The notes under the pieces are model-generated. The model saw only the letters and a program-made list of their open reading frames with translations. It was not told the origin of the DNA and did no database searches. From the NCBI GenBank assembly GCA_028687275.1, contig JAQUAK010000001.1, positions 36,213 through 100,212 of the forward strand: 64,000 bases of DNA. Direction: 5' to 3'. Source of the stretch: Patescibacteria group bacterium. Its GTDB lineage: Bacteria; Patescibacteriota; Patescibacteriia; Patescibacteriales; UBA12465. Position 1 is the first letter of the stretch. The number at the start of each line of letters is the position of its first letter. Shown piece after piece: positions 10,178-20,018 of the stretch. The translations under genes were made by a program, and so were the position numbers.

Positions 10178-13100
10178 ATGTTGAACCCAATTAAAACTAG
10201 CGATTTTAACGCTATTCGTCTAAAATTAGCTTCACCAGAAGAAATTGTTTCCTGGTCTCATGGCGAAGTGACTCGTCCGGAAACTATTAATTATCGCACT
10301 CAAAAACCGGAAAAAGACGGTCTTTTCTGCGAAAAGATTTTTGGTCCGACTAAGGACTGGGAATGTGCTTGTGGTAAGTATAAGAAAATAAGATATAAGG
10401 GAATCGTTTGTGATAAGTGTGGAGTGGAGGTTACTCGTAGCGTTGTGAGACGTGAACGCATGGGCAATATTACTTTGCAAATACCTTGTACTCATATTTG
10501 GTTTTTGCGTGGCATTTCTTCAAAAATCGGCTTATTATTAAATTTAGGCATTCAGTCTTTGGAGAAGGTTATTTATTTTGCTAGTTTTATTGTGATTGAT
10601 GTGGATGAGAATTTGAAAGAAGCTACTTTAGAGCAGATTAAACAAGAACATAAATCAAAGCGTAAGAGTATTGATGGTGACTTTAACCAGCAAATTAAGC
10701 AGATTCAGGAAAGACGCGCTCAATTAATTAAGGAGGGCAAAAACAAAACTGAGGCCGATGCGGAGATTAATAGTAAAATTAAAGCTACTACTCAGGCTAA
10801 AGATGAAAAAGTTGAACAGTTGGAAGAAGATTTTTCTCAGGTTATTAAAGAATTAAAGGATCTTAAGCCACTACTAATTTTATCTGAGCATCAATATCAG
10901 AATTTAAGTTTGAAATTTGGTCATATTTTTGAAGCTGGCATTGGCGCTGAAGCTATTCGTACTTTATTAGAAAGAATTGATTTGAATAAAAGTGTTGCTA
11001 AAGTGGAAGAGAAGTTAATTGACGTGGTGGAATCAAAGAAGGATAAATTAACTAAGCGTTTGAAGCTTTTAAAGAGTTTTCGTAACAACAATTTACGTCC
11101 GGAATGGATGATTTTAACTGTTTTACCAATTGTGCCACCAGATTTACGTCCGATGGTTGCTCTTGATGGTGGTCGCTTTGCCGCTTCTGATTTAAATGAT
11201 TTATACCGCCGAGTCATTAATCGTAATAATCGCTTGAAGCAGTTGATTGACTTGAATGCTCCAGAAGTTATTTGTCGTAACGAAAAACGCATGTTGCAAG
11301 AAGCGGTTGATGCTTTAATTGATAATTCTGCTCGTCATACTAAAACCGTGACTGCTTCAACTGGTCAGAAAAGACAGTTAAAATCTTTAGCTGATGGCTT
11401 AAAAGGAAAACAAGGACGTTTTCGTCAAAACTTATTAGGTAAACGTGTTGACTATTCTGGACGTAGCGTTATTGTGGTTAATCCAAAATTAAATCTTGAT
11501 CAGTGTGGTCTACCAAAAATAATGGCCTTGGAATTATTCAAGCCTTTTATTATCAGTCAATTGATTAAAAGAGAAATTGTGCACAATGTTCGCAGTGCTT
11601 CTCGTTATATTGAAGCTGGGCATGACGAGGTTTGGGATATTTTAGAAGAGACCGTAAAAGAAGCTTATGTGCTTTTAAACCGTGCTCCAACTTTACATCG
11701 CCTAGGTATTCAAGCTTTTAAACCAATTTTAATTGAAGGTAAAGCTTTACAGATTCATCCTTTAGTTTGTACTGCCTTTAATGCTGACTTTGATGGCGAC
11801 CAAATGGCTGTACACGTTCCTTTAACTAAGGAGGCAAAGCATGAGGCGGCAACTTTAATGCTGTCTTCTCATAACTTATTGAAACCGGCGACTGGCGATC
11901 CAATTGTAGCTCCTGGACAAGATATCGTTTGGGGCTCTTATTATATTACTTTAGAAGATCCTGCTAAGAAGGATTTAGTAGATAAAGACTTAAGACGTTT
12001 CTATAATGATGAGGATGCTTTATTGGCTTATGAGAATGGCTTTATTACTTTAAGCGAGCCAGTGATGGTTAAGATTGACGGCATTTTGGTTCGTACAACT
12101 GCTGGCCGCATGGTCTTTAATCAAATTCTTCCTGAAAAACTTCGCTTTATTAATGAAGTCGTTAACAAGAGTAAATTAAAAGATTTGATTAGAGAATGTT
12201 TACGCCTTTATACTGAAGAAGAAACGGTTATCTTCATTGATAATTTGAAAAATAAGGCTTTTTCTTTCATTACTAAATCTGGTTTATCTTGGGGATTTGG
12301 TGACCTACCGACTTTACCAGAGAAGGATCGTTTAATTGATAATGCAAATAAGAGTGTTGATCTTATTCGTGAACAATATGAAGATGGCTTACTCACTGAA
12401 AGTGAACGTTACGCTAAGGTAATTGAAGAATGGACTAATACTAAGGATAAGATTGCTGATATTTGTAAGAAAGGTTTAATGAATATCTTGCCAGTTTATT
12501 CTATGATTGATTCTGGGGCTCGTGGTTCATGGGCTCAGCCAGTACAGATTTTAGGTATGAAAGGTTTAGTTACCTCTCCGTCTGGGGCCATTATTGAATT
12601 ACCAGTTAAGGGTAATTTCAAAGAAGGTTTTGGTGTATTAGAATATTTTATTTCTACTCACGGTGTGCGTAAAGGTTTATCTGATACGGCCTTAAGAACA
12701 GCTAATGCTGGTTATTTAACTAGACGTTTAATTGATGTTTCTCAAGACGTGATTGTAACGGAAGAGGACTGTGGTGATAAGAAGGGAGCTCATTACACCT
12801 TCCTTGAGGCCGATAAAGTTGGTGATGATTTTTATAAGAAAATTATTGGAAGATTCTTGGCACAGGATATTCTTGATAATAAAGGAAAAGTGATTGCTAA
12901 GGCTGGTTCATTAATTAATGATGATGTAGCCAAAGAGTGTCGCGAAAATAAGATTCAAGATTTAGATTTGCGCTCTGTATTAAGCTGTCATTTACAAAAA
13001 GGTGTTTGTGCTAAATGTTATGGCTGGGACTTAGCTTATAACAAGCCAGTTAAATTAGGTTCAGCTGTTGGTATTATTGCTGCCCAGTCTATTGGTGAGC

Positions 13101-14173
13101 CTGGCACCCAGTTAACTATGAGAACCTTTCATTCCGGTGGTGTGGCTGGACAGGATGATATCACTCAAGGTTTGCCTAGAGTTGAAGAAATTTTTGAAGC
13201 TCGTAGCCCTAAGAAAAAAGCTTTAATGGCTGATGTTTCTGGTAAAATTAAGATTGAATTTGCTCAAAAAACTATTAAAGATCAAGATGGTAAAGATATT
13301 GTAGTTACTAATCCTCAGGCTAAAGTTCTTAGTATCGTTTATCGTGGTAAAGAGCAGGATAAATATTACTTCTCAGAAAAGATTAATGAAATGAAATTAG
13401 CCACTGGTATGACTGCTAAAGATAAAAAGAAATTAGTGGTTGAGAACGAAGTTAAGGATGGTGACAAGGTTTCAAAAGGTGCTGTCTTATTTAAGGTTGG
13501 CGCTGAGACGGTTAAGGCAAAAACAGCCGGCGTTGCTAGCGTTGCTGACAAGTATATTAGCGTTTCTAAGGATGTTGATAAGGTTAAAGAATTTTCTATT
13601 TTGAAAGGTACAATGATGATGGTTAAAGATGGTGATGAAATCGAAAAAGGAACTCAGTTGACTGAGGGCAGCTTAGATTTACGTGAATTGTATAAGCTTA
13701 AAGATAAGTTAGAGACACAAAAATATATTATTCGTGAAATTCAGTATGTGTATTCTTCTCAGGGGCAGCCTTTAAATGATAAACACGTAGAAATTATTGC
13801 TCGTCAGATGTTTTCACGTTATTTAATTACCGATTCTGGAGACACCAACATGTTGCCTGGTGAAATTGTTGAAACAGAAGTTTTTGCTCATGCTAATTTA
13901 GAGGTTAAGAAAGCTGCTAAGGCAGATAGACTCTTAATGGGTATTACTAAAGCTTCTTTGACTACCGATAGTTTTTTATCGGCCGCCTCTTTTCAAGAAA
14001 CGCCACGTGTTTTAATTGAAGCAGCTGTTAATGGTAAGATTGACTACCTTGAAGGTCTGAAAGAAAACGTTATTATTGGTTGTTTAATCCCGGCTGGTAC
14101 TGGGTATAAGGGTAAAAAGATTAGAGAAGAGTATGAAGAGATTCAAGCTCAACCAGAAATCGTTAAATCTTAA
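10178..14173 (+). CDS. rpoC: DNA-directed RNA polymerase subunit beta'
   Basis: Zn-finger 'CACGKYKKIRYKGIVCDKCGVEV', catalytic 'NADFDGDQMAVH', 'PEWMILTVLPIVPPDLRP', trigger-loop and C-terminal blocks. Confidence 0.97.
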   Translation: MLNPIKTSDFNAIRLKLASPEEIVSWSHGEVTRPETINYRTQKPEKDGLFCEKIFGPTKDWECACGKYKKIRYKGIVCDKCGVEVTRSVVRRERMGNITLQIPCTHIWFLRGISSKIGLLLNLGIQSLEKVIYFASFIVIDVDENLKEATLEQIKQEHKSKRKSIDGDFNQQIKQIQERRAQLIKEGKNKTEADAEINSKIKATTQAKDEKVEQLEEDFSQVIKELKDLKPLLILSEHQYQNLSLKFGHIFEAGIGAEAIRTLLERIDLNKSVAKVEEKLIDVVESKKDKLTKRLKLLKSFRNNNLRPEWMILTVLPIVPPDLRPMVALDGGRFAASDLNDLYRRVINRNNRLKQLIDLNAPEVICRNEKRMLQEAVDALIDNSARHTKTVTASTGQKRQLKSLADGLKGKQGRFRQNLLGKRVDYSGRSVIVVNPKLNLDQCGLPKIMALELFKPFIISQLIKREIVHNVRSASRYIEAGHDEVWDILEETVKEAYVLLNRAPTLHRLGIQAFKPILIEGKALQIHPLVCTAFNADFDGDQMAVHVPLTKEAKHEAATLMLSSHNLLKPATGDPIVAPGQDIVWGSYYITLEDPAKKDLVDKDLRRFYNDEDALLAYENGFITLSEPVMVKIDGILVRTTAGRMVFNQILPEKLRFINEVVNKSKLKDLIRECLRLYTEEETVIFIDNLKNKAFSFITKSGLSWGFGDLPTLPEKDRLIDNANKSVDLIREQYEDGLLTESERYAKVIEEWTNTKDKIADICKKGLMNILPVYSMIDSGARGSWAQPVQILGMKGLVTSPSGAIIELPVKGNFKEGFGVLEYFISTHGVRKGLSDTALRTANAGYLTRRLIDVSQDVIVTEEDCGDKKGAHYTFLEADKVGDDFYKKIIGRFLAQDILDNKGKVIAKAGSLINDDVAKECRENKIQDLDLRSVLSCHLQKGVCAKCYGWDLAYNKPVKLGSAVGIIAAQSIGEPGTQLTMRTFHSGGVAGQDDITQGLPRVEEIFEARSPKKKALMADVSGKIKIEFAQKTIKDQDGKDIVVTNPQAKVLSIVYRGKEQDKYYFSEKINEMKLATGMTAKDKKKLVVENEVKDGDKVSKGAVLFKVGAETVKAKTAGVASVADKYISVSKDVDKVKEFSILKGTMMMVKDGDEIEKGTQLTEGSLDLRELYKLKDKLETQKYIIREIQYVYSSQGQPLNDKHVEIIARQMFSRYLITDSGDTNMLPGEIVETEVFAHANLEVKKAAKADRLLMGITKASLTTDSFLSAASFQETPRVLIEAAVNGKIDYLEGLKENVIIGCLIPAGTGYKGKKIREEYEEIQAQPEIVKS

Positions 14174-14190
14174 TTCTGTCAATATTGATA

Positions 14191-14220
14191 AAAATCCCTC
14201 CCTTTTGGAGGGATTTTTGT
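14191..14220 (+). terminator. Rho-independent terminator after rpoC
   Basis: ATCCCTCC (14194-14201) / GGAGGGAT (14207-14214) 8-bp perfect stem, 5-nt loop, then TTTTT. Confidence 0.8.
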
Positions 14221-14301
14221 ATTTTAGGCTGTTAATTTTGTTAGAATCTTAGTATAATGAGAGTAGATAAATTTAAGTAGGGACCGACATTATTATTAAA
14301 T

Positions 14302-15813
14302 TTGATGTATAGTTCAAAAAGTAAATTACGAATATTTTGGCTAGGATTAGTAATTTTAATATTATTATTTTTGTTGTGGCAAAAGGTGTCCCCAAGGGGT
14401 GAGTGGACCTGTGAGCAAAACTTTAGTAGTAATTCTTTTAATATCTTGCCTGGTGTTTTAGGCGGAAAAGACTGTTTATCTAAAGTTTCTCCAGCAGACA
14501 GGGTTATTAGTAGCAATAATGGACCATTGCTAGTTTTAGCTGATCCAGTCTATTTTTCTGTTTTTACTCCTCGGGCCTTTAGTCGAGCTGAAGTTAGTAT
14601 TACTTATCGCCCACATTTGAGTTCGGCCACTCCTATTATTGAAGCTGGATTTTTGGCAGATAATAAGCTGTGGCGTTATGATTTAAAACCGGTATATAAT
14701 TTATGGCTGGAGCAAGATTTGGTTAATTGGTCGTCTTTATCCATAGATAATCTTCATCTTTTTCAGAGAGAGAAGAAGTTTGATTCCATTTTTGACTTCC
14801 TTGATGCTTGGCAAAATAATACCAGCACAGTTTGTTCGTCGCCAAATTGTCTGGCGGTTTATAATTTTGATTTAAAAGATTTTCCTCCAGCTATTAATTT
14901 AGATTTGTTAAATAAAAATACAAAATCACTTATTTTCCCTTATACACTTCGCGGCTCTCATCAGTTTTATTTCTATCTAAGTGGAGAAGATTTGAATTTA
15001 TCTGGTGAGTTACTTGACCGTAATGAAGGTAAGGACAGAGATGACGCTGAGTTATCAATTTATTATGGTCAAAAAAATATAGCCTCACTGTTAGTTAAGG
15101 ACGATGGAGTAGAAATTGAAGGTAGTGGTGACGATGGGCCTGCTAAATTTTTTACTATCAATCGAGATAATTTAAAGCCAGGTTTATATCGCCTTGACTT
15201 TAGGGCTAGCGATGATTTAATGATTAATAATTTGAATATCAATTCTCAGTACTTTTCTGCTTTACATAAAGTTTGGTTAGAAGATGATGGCCCGATTGAT
15301 TTAGTCACAGATGCTTCATATTTGCAGGTAAAAGCTTTTAACCCAGCTGCTCTGCAAACACTTACCTTTAACCAGGCGGCCCTAGAAATTGAAGAGATTT
15401 ATACTCAGTATGAAATTAGGGGCGGAGAGCAGGGCGATTCTTGGTACAACATTCATCTGAATAGAGGGGGTGTAATTTTAGAAAATAACGGCGTCTTCGC
15501 CTTAGAAGGAGAATTTATTTTAAACCCCAATTATCCACGTTTAGATCGCTCTACAGATTTAACAACAAGCTTGGATTATATATTAGCTGATTATGAATTA
15601 GCACAGGCTTTGCCTGATAATTGGTTACAAAGTAATCTGGATTTTTCTACTGCTAATTTTTACAGAGAAAAAGGTAATTATAATTTAATTTTATCCATTC
15701 CTGGTTTGAAATCAGACCAGGCTGCTTCGGGATATTTAGAAATAAAAGAAATAAAAATTCGTTTTTATGGGAACAGTTTGTGGTTTAAAATAAAGAACTG
15801 GTTAAATCTATGA
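14302..15813 (+). CDS. Hypothetical membrane-anchored protein (single N-terminal TM, large extracytoplasmic domain)
   Basis: Long ORF with ordinary composition. N-terminal 'LRIFWLGLVILILLFLLW' anchor. No motif I recognise. Heads a cluster with a GT2 and a PMT/TPR glycosyltransferase. Confidence 0.6.
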   Translation: MMYSSKSKLRIFWLGLVILILLFLLWQKVSPRGEWTCEQNFSSNSFNILPGVLGGKDCLSKVSPADRVISSNNGPLLVLADPVYFSVFTPRAFSRAEVSITYRPHLSSATPIIEAGFLADNKLWRYDLKPVYNLWLEQDLVNWSSLSIDNLHLFQREKKFDSIFDFLDAWQNNTSTVCSSPNCLAVYNFDLKDFPPAINLDLLNKNTKSLIFPYTLRGSHQFYFYLSGEDLNLSGELLDRNEGKDRDDAELSIYYGQKNIASLLVKDDGVEIEGSGDDGPAKFFTINRDNLKPGLYRLDFRASDDLMINNLNINSQYFSALHKVWLEDDGPIDLVTDASYLQVKAFNPAALQTLTFNQAALEIEEIYTQYEIRGGEQGDSWYNIHLNRGGVILENNGVFALEGEFILNPNYPRLDRSTDLTTSLDYILADYELAQALPDNWLQSNLDFSTANFYREKGNYNLILSIPGLKSDQAASGYLEIKEIKIRFYGNSLWFKIKNWLNL

Positions 15814-15986
15814 AAAAGAATATAATTTTCAAGGAATTTTTTTATTTTTTTAGCGCTTTACTAGCCTTGGCTTTTTTAGTGGAGATAATTTTCCCGGGTT
15901 TATTTATTTTATACTTTAATTTAGCTTTTTTAACCGTCGCTTGGTTAATTTCGGCTTTACTGACTCTATTATATGTACGCCAATAA
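15810..15986 (+). CDS. Unlisted 58-aa two-TM micro-protein ([58 protein letters not shown])
   Basis: My own translation; it is below the ORF-track size cut-off. Its ATG overlaps the upstream TGA stop (cTATGA) and its 3' end overlaps the GT2 start by 14 nt. It has two hydrophobic segments. Confidence 0.45.
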   Translation: MKKNIIFKEFFYFFSALLALAFLVEIIFPGLFILYFNLAFLTVAWLISALLTLLYVRQ

Positions 15987-16686
15987 AAAAGTAATTGTAG
16001 TTTTACCAGCTTATAATGCCGCTAAGACTCTAGAAAAAACTGTAGCGGATTTGCCAACTTTAGTTGATGAGATTATTTTAGTAGATGATGCTAGCCATGA
16101 TAATACTGCAGAAATTGCTGAAGAATTAGGTTTATTTGTTTATCGTCATCAAAAAAATGGTGGTTATGGGGCTAACCAGAAGAGTTGCTATCGCCTAGCC
16201 CTAGAGAGAGGAGCAGACATTATTGTTATGGTTCACCCCGATTATCAGTATGATCCGAGATTAGTTTCTTATTTTGCTTCTTTTATTGCTGATGATTATT
16301 TTGATGTTATGCTTGGCTCACGTATTCGTAGCCGTCGGGAAACATTAGCCGGGGGAATGCCTGTTTATAAATATTATTCCAATCGTTTTTTAACCTTTTT
16401 TGAAAATTTGGCTACCGGTCAAAATTTATCAGAATGGCATACGGGGATGCGTGCTTATTCAGCTGCAGTTTTACGTAGCTTGAAATTAGAGAAGACTAGC
16501 AATGATTTTGTTTTTGATACACAAGTATTATTGCAAATTGTGGCTCGTAAATGGCGAATTGGCGAAATACCAGTACCAGTGAGATATTTTTCAGAGGCAT
16601 CTTCTATAAATTGGAAACGTAGTTTGAAATATGGTTTACAAACACTTCTGCTAGCCCTGAAATATATCATACGGAAGCCCTTATAA
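15973..16686 (+). CDS. Family 2 glycosyltransferase (polyprenyl-phosphate sugar synthase-like)
   Basis: '[16 protein letters not shown]', '[11 protein letters not shown]' and the 'HPDYQYDP' region are typical of GT2/Dpm1-like enzymes. Confidence 0.8.
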   Translation: MYANKKVIVVLPAYNAAKTLEKTVADLPTLVDEIILVDDASHDNTAEIAEELGLFVYRHQKNGGYGANQKSCYRLALERGADIIVMVHPDYQYDPRLVSYFASFIADDYFDVMLGSRIRSRRETLAGGMPVYKYYSNRFLTFFENLATGQNLSEWHTGMRAYSAAVLRSLKLEKTSNDFVFDTQVLLQIVARKWRIGEIPVPVRYFSEASSINWKRSLKYGLQTLLLALKYIIRKPL

Positions 16687-16688
16687 TT

Positions 16689-18281
16689 ATGAAGAAAGAT
16701 TTTTTTAAAAAACATTTTTTTATAACTGGCTGGCTAGCAACCTGGCGGCCTTATTTTTTATTGTTAGTTCTTATTTTTTTAGTTTATGGTCGATCATTGT
16801 TTTTTGATTTAACTTTTTTAGATGACAACACTTTAATTTTAGATAAGCAGGAAATATTAAGTGATATTAGCAATCTATCTTCAATTTTTACCACTGATGC
16901 TTTTTTTTCAGAAAACCGTTTGTATTATCGACCAATGTTGAACGTTTCTTTTATGTTTGACGCCCTGTTTGGTTCTTTAAATTACGCTGTTTACCACCTT
17001 TCTAATATTATTTGGCATTTTCTGGCTGTTGTTTTAAGCTTTGCTTTATTATCCCGTCTTTTTAAGCGAAAACAATTAGCCTTTTTATTAGCTGTTATTA
17101 TGGCTGTTCATCCCGCCCTATCTCAGGCAGTCGCTTGGTTACCAGGTAGAAATGATTCTCTGGTTACTGTTTTTGCTATATTGTCTTTTTGGTTCTTCTT
17201 AAATTTTTTAGAAAAGGAGAAAATTAGTAATTTTATAGCGCTATCTTTATTTTTCTTTTTATCTCTACTGAGTAAAGAAACAGTTATTTTTTTACCACTA
17301 CTCTTTATTGCTTATTTTTTCATATTTAGGTATGACTGGAGGGTTAAGGGTAGGAATTTATTATTAAGTTTACTCGGTTCAGGTACGGTGATGTTTATTT
17401 GGTTTTTATTAAGAGATGTAGCTCTTCGTGGTGGGCAAATAAATTCAACTAGTGCTTTTATTTCTATTTTAGAAAATTTATTACCATCGGGTGCGATGAT
17501 GGCTAAGATATTTTTGCCTTTTAATTTATCCGGCTTACCAGTGGCAGTTGATACTAGTTATATTTATATTTTAATAATTTTACCAATTTTAATTTTCCTA
17601 TTTATTTTTTCTAAATATAAAGATTGGCGCTATATCCTTTTTGGTTTTTTCTGGTTTGGCATTTTCTTTTTCCCTCCTTTTATTATTGCTGAGGCCGCTC
17701 CCTTCTTACTAGAGCATCGTTTGTATTTGCCCTATCTTGGTTTAGCTATTGCAGCCTTTGGGTTTAGCGAATTAAGATCTTTCTCTTGGGTAAGGAAAAG
17801 GCATCTGCTTATAGCCGCGATACTTACACTTTTTTTTGCTGGTATCAGTTTTTTTCATATTGGTATTTTTTCTGATCGTTTAACTTTTTGGGAGTCAGCT
17901 GCAGCTTCGTCTCCTCACTCCCCCTTAGCTCAAAAAAATCTAGGGGCAATGTATTATTTAGATGGCAACTTAGATAAGGCCGAGATTCGTTTCCGTCAAG
18001 CCTTAAATCTCAATCCTGATGAAGCTATGGTTCATAATAATTTAGGAGCTATTTATATTGATCGTGGTGATTTATGGCGAGCAGAAGCAGAACTAAATAA
18101 AGAATTAGATTTATATCCAAATTATGATATTGCGTTATTTAATTTAGGACGGGTGTATTATCAGAGAAAAGAATATCAGTCGGCTGCTTTATTATGGCAA
18201 AAAGCTTTGCAAGCAAATCCGCTTAATTATCAGGCTCAGCTAAGATTACAGGACTTGCAAGCTGAAAAAAAGGAAAAGTAA
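16689..18281 (+). CDS. Polytopic membrane glycosyltransferase-like protein (GT-C/PMT/ArnT-like) with C-terminal TPR repeats
   Basis: About 10 or more hydrophobic helices. The C-terminus has TPR-like repeats ('AQKNLGAMYYLDGNLDKAEIRFRQALNLNPDEAMVHNNLGAIYIDRGD...'). This architecture is typical of TMTC/PMT-like enzymes. Confidence 0.65.
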   Translation: MKKDFFKKHFFITGWLATWRPYFLLLVLIFLVYGRSLFFDLTFLDDNTLILDKQEILSDISNLSSIFTTDAFFSENRLYYRPMLNVSFMFDALFGSLNYAVYHLSNIIWHFLAVVLSFALLSRLFKRKQLAFLLAVIMAVHPALSQAVAWLPGRNDSLVTVFAILSFWFFLNFLEKEKISNFIALSLFFFLSLLSKETVIFLPLLFIAYFFIFRYDWRVKGRNLLLSLLGSGTVMFIWFLLRDVALRGGQINSTSAFISILENLLPSGAMMAKIFLPFNLSGLPVAVDTSYIYILIILPILIFLFIFSKYKDWRYILFGFFWFGIFFFPPFIIAEAAPFLLEHRLYLPYLGLAIAAFGFSELRSFSWVRKRHLLIAAILTLFFAGISFFHIGIFSDRLTFWESAAASSPHSPLAQKNLGAMYYLDGNLDKAEIRFRQALNLNPDEAMVHNNLGAIYIDRGDLWRAEAELNKELDLYPNYDIALFNLGRVYYQRKEYQSAALLWQKALQANPLNYQAQLRLQDLQAEKKEK

Positions 18282-18314
18282 TAATTTAAAAAATCAGAAT
18301 ATAATTCGTTTAGT

Positions 18315-19946
18315 ATGTCATATTTGAAAAGATTAATTGGTCGTCCTATTACCACTATCACTGCTGCCGCTGCTTTGGTGGCTTCGTTTTCGGTAGCTTC
18401 ACGCTTTTTAGGAGTAATTAGGGATCATATTTTAGCTGGTAGTTTTGGCGGTGGCCTTGAGTTAGATATATATTTTGCTGCTTTTAGAGTGCCAGATTTT
18501 ATTTATAACCTAATCGTTTTAGGTGCTTTATCAGCGGGCTTTATTCCTATTTTTTCAGAGATGATTAAAAAGGCCGTTATTGATGTTAATGGTAAGGAGA
18601 AAATAGTTAAATTGGCTAATAATATTTTTAATGCCTTGTTGTTATTAATTATATTTTTATCAATTCTAGGTATTTTATTTGCTGATACTCTGACGGCCTG
18701 GGTTGCTCCTGGTTTTAGTGCTGAGGCTAAAATACAAACAGCTAATTTAACTAGAATTATGTTTTTGTCTCCTGTCTTTTTAGGTATGTCAGGTGTCCTG
18801 GGAGGCATTTTACAGAGCTATAAGCGTTTTTTCGTTTATTCTTTATCGCCTGTGTTCTATAATTTGGGTATTATTTTTGGCGCTTTAGTTCTCGTGCCTA
18901 ATTTTGGTTTACCTGGTTTAGCCTGGGGGGTTGTGTTAGGGGCATTCTTACATTTTGCTATTCAGCTGCCAACCATTTGGCAACTTGGCTTTCGCTATAA
19001 ATTCTATTTAAATTGGCGGGATAAAGGTTTATTGCAAATAGCTAAAATGATGGGCCCACGTACTTTATCTTTGGCAGTTTCACAAATTAATTTAGTAGCG
19101 ATGACGGCTTTGGCCACCACTTTAGATAGCGGCTCTTTAGCTATTTTTAATTTTGCTAATAATTTACAATCTTTTCCTTTGGGGGTTTTTGGTATTTCTT
19201 TTGCAGTAGCTGCTTTTCCATTTTTATCAGAAAATGCTTATAATATGGAAGAACTTAAAGCTCGTTTTTCTTCAACTATTCGTCAGATATTATTCTTTAT
19301 CGTTCCGGCTTCGGTTTTAATTATTACTCTCCGTGCTCAAATTGTTCGCGTTATTCTCGGTAGTGGTGCTTTTAACTGGCGCGATACGGTTTTAACTATG
19401 GATACTTTAGGTTTTTTTGCTCTTAGCTTATTTGCGCAGGCCACTATTCCTTTATTAGTTCGCATGTTCTATGCTCGACGTGATTCTTGGACACCATTTT
19501 ATTTAGGTCTAATATCAGTGTTTATTAACATCGGTTTAGCTTATTTCTTACGTCAGTATTTTGGCGTTGCTGGTTTGGCCCTAGCCTTTTCTATTGCCAG
19601 TATCTTTAATTTTCTTATGCTTTGGCTATGGCTTTATGTTAAAGTTGGCTCTTTGGACATTGATAAAATTTTTAATTCCTCTCTCAAATTTATTGTGGCT
19701 GCCATGGGCGCTGGTTTAGCCGTTCAGATTTTGAAATTTTTAATTTGGCCTTATATTAACATGCAAACATTTGCTGGTGTTTTTATACAATTAATAGTAG
19801 CCGGCGGCGGCGGCTTATCAGTTTATATATTGCTGTGTTATTTATTTAAGAGTGAGGAATTATTGGCTGTGTTAAGCATTTTTAAACGTCGTTTGCCTTG
19901 GAAAAAGACAGTTTTAGCTGATCAAGGGGAAGCGCGTGGGCTTTAA
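18315..19946 (+). CDS. murJ: Lipid II flippase MurJ/MviN
   Basis: N-terminal 'SRFLGVIRDHILAGSFGGGLELDIYFAAFRVPDFIYNL' is the MurJ signature region. About 14 TM helices. Confidence 0.88.
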   Translation: MSYLKRLIGRPITTITAAAALVASFSVASRFLGVIRDHILAGSFGGGLELDIYFAAFRVPDFIYNLIVLGALSAGFIPIFSEMIKKAVIDVNGKEKIVKLANNIFNALLLLIIFLSILGILFADTLTAWVAPGFSAEAKIQTANLTRIMFLSPVFLGMSGVLGGILQSYKRFFVYSLSPVFYNLGIIFGALVLVPNFGLPGLAWGVVLGAFLHFAIQLPTIWQLGFRYKFYLNWRDKGLLQIAKMMGPRTLSLAVSQINLVAMTALATTLDSGSLAIFNFANNLQSFPLGVFGISFAVAAFPFLSENAYNMEELKARFSSTIRQILFFIVPASVLIITLRAQIVRVILGSGAFNWRDTVLTMDTLGFFALSLFAQATIPLLVRMFYARRDSWTPFYLGLISVFINIGLAYFLRQYFGVAGLALAFSIASIFNFLMLWLWLYVKVGSLDIDKIFNSSLKFIVAAMGAGLAVQILKFLIWPYINMQTFAGVFIQLIVAGGGGLSVYILLCYLFKSEELLAVLSIFKRRLPWKKTVLADQGEARGL

Positions 19947-20018
19947 AAAAGGACTTGCTTGAGCTCTTAAATAATGTTAAGGTGTCCCTAGCAAATATAA
20001 AATAATATATTTTTTAAA

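Noticed and set aside
7767-11292. Short ORFs inside rpoB/rpoC (7767-7949 -, 9701-9937 +, 9926-10135 -, 10232-10495 -, 10921-11292 -; also 12208-12396 - and 13366-13551 -)
   Set aside because: They lie embedded in, or antisense to, highly conserved RNAP genes, which makes them typical shadow ORFs.
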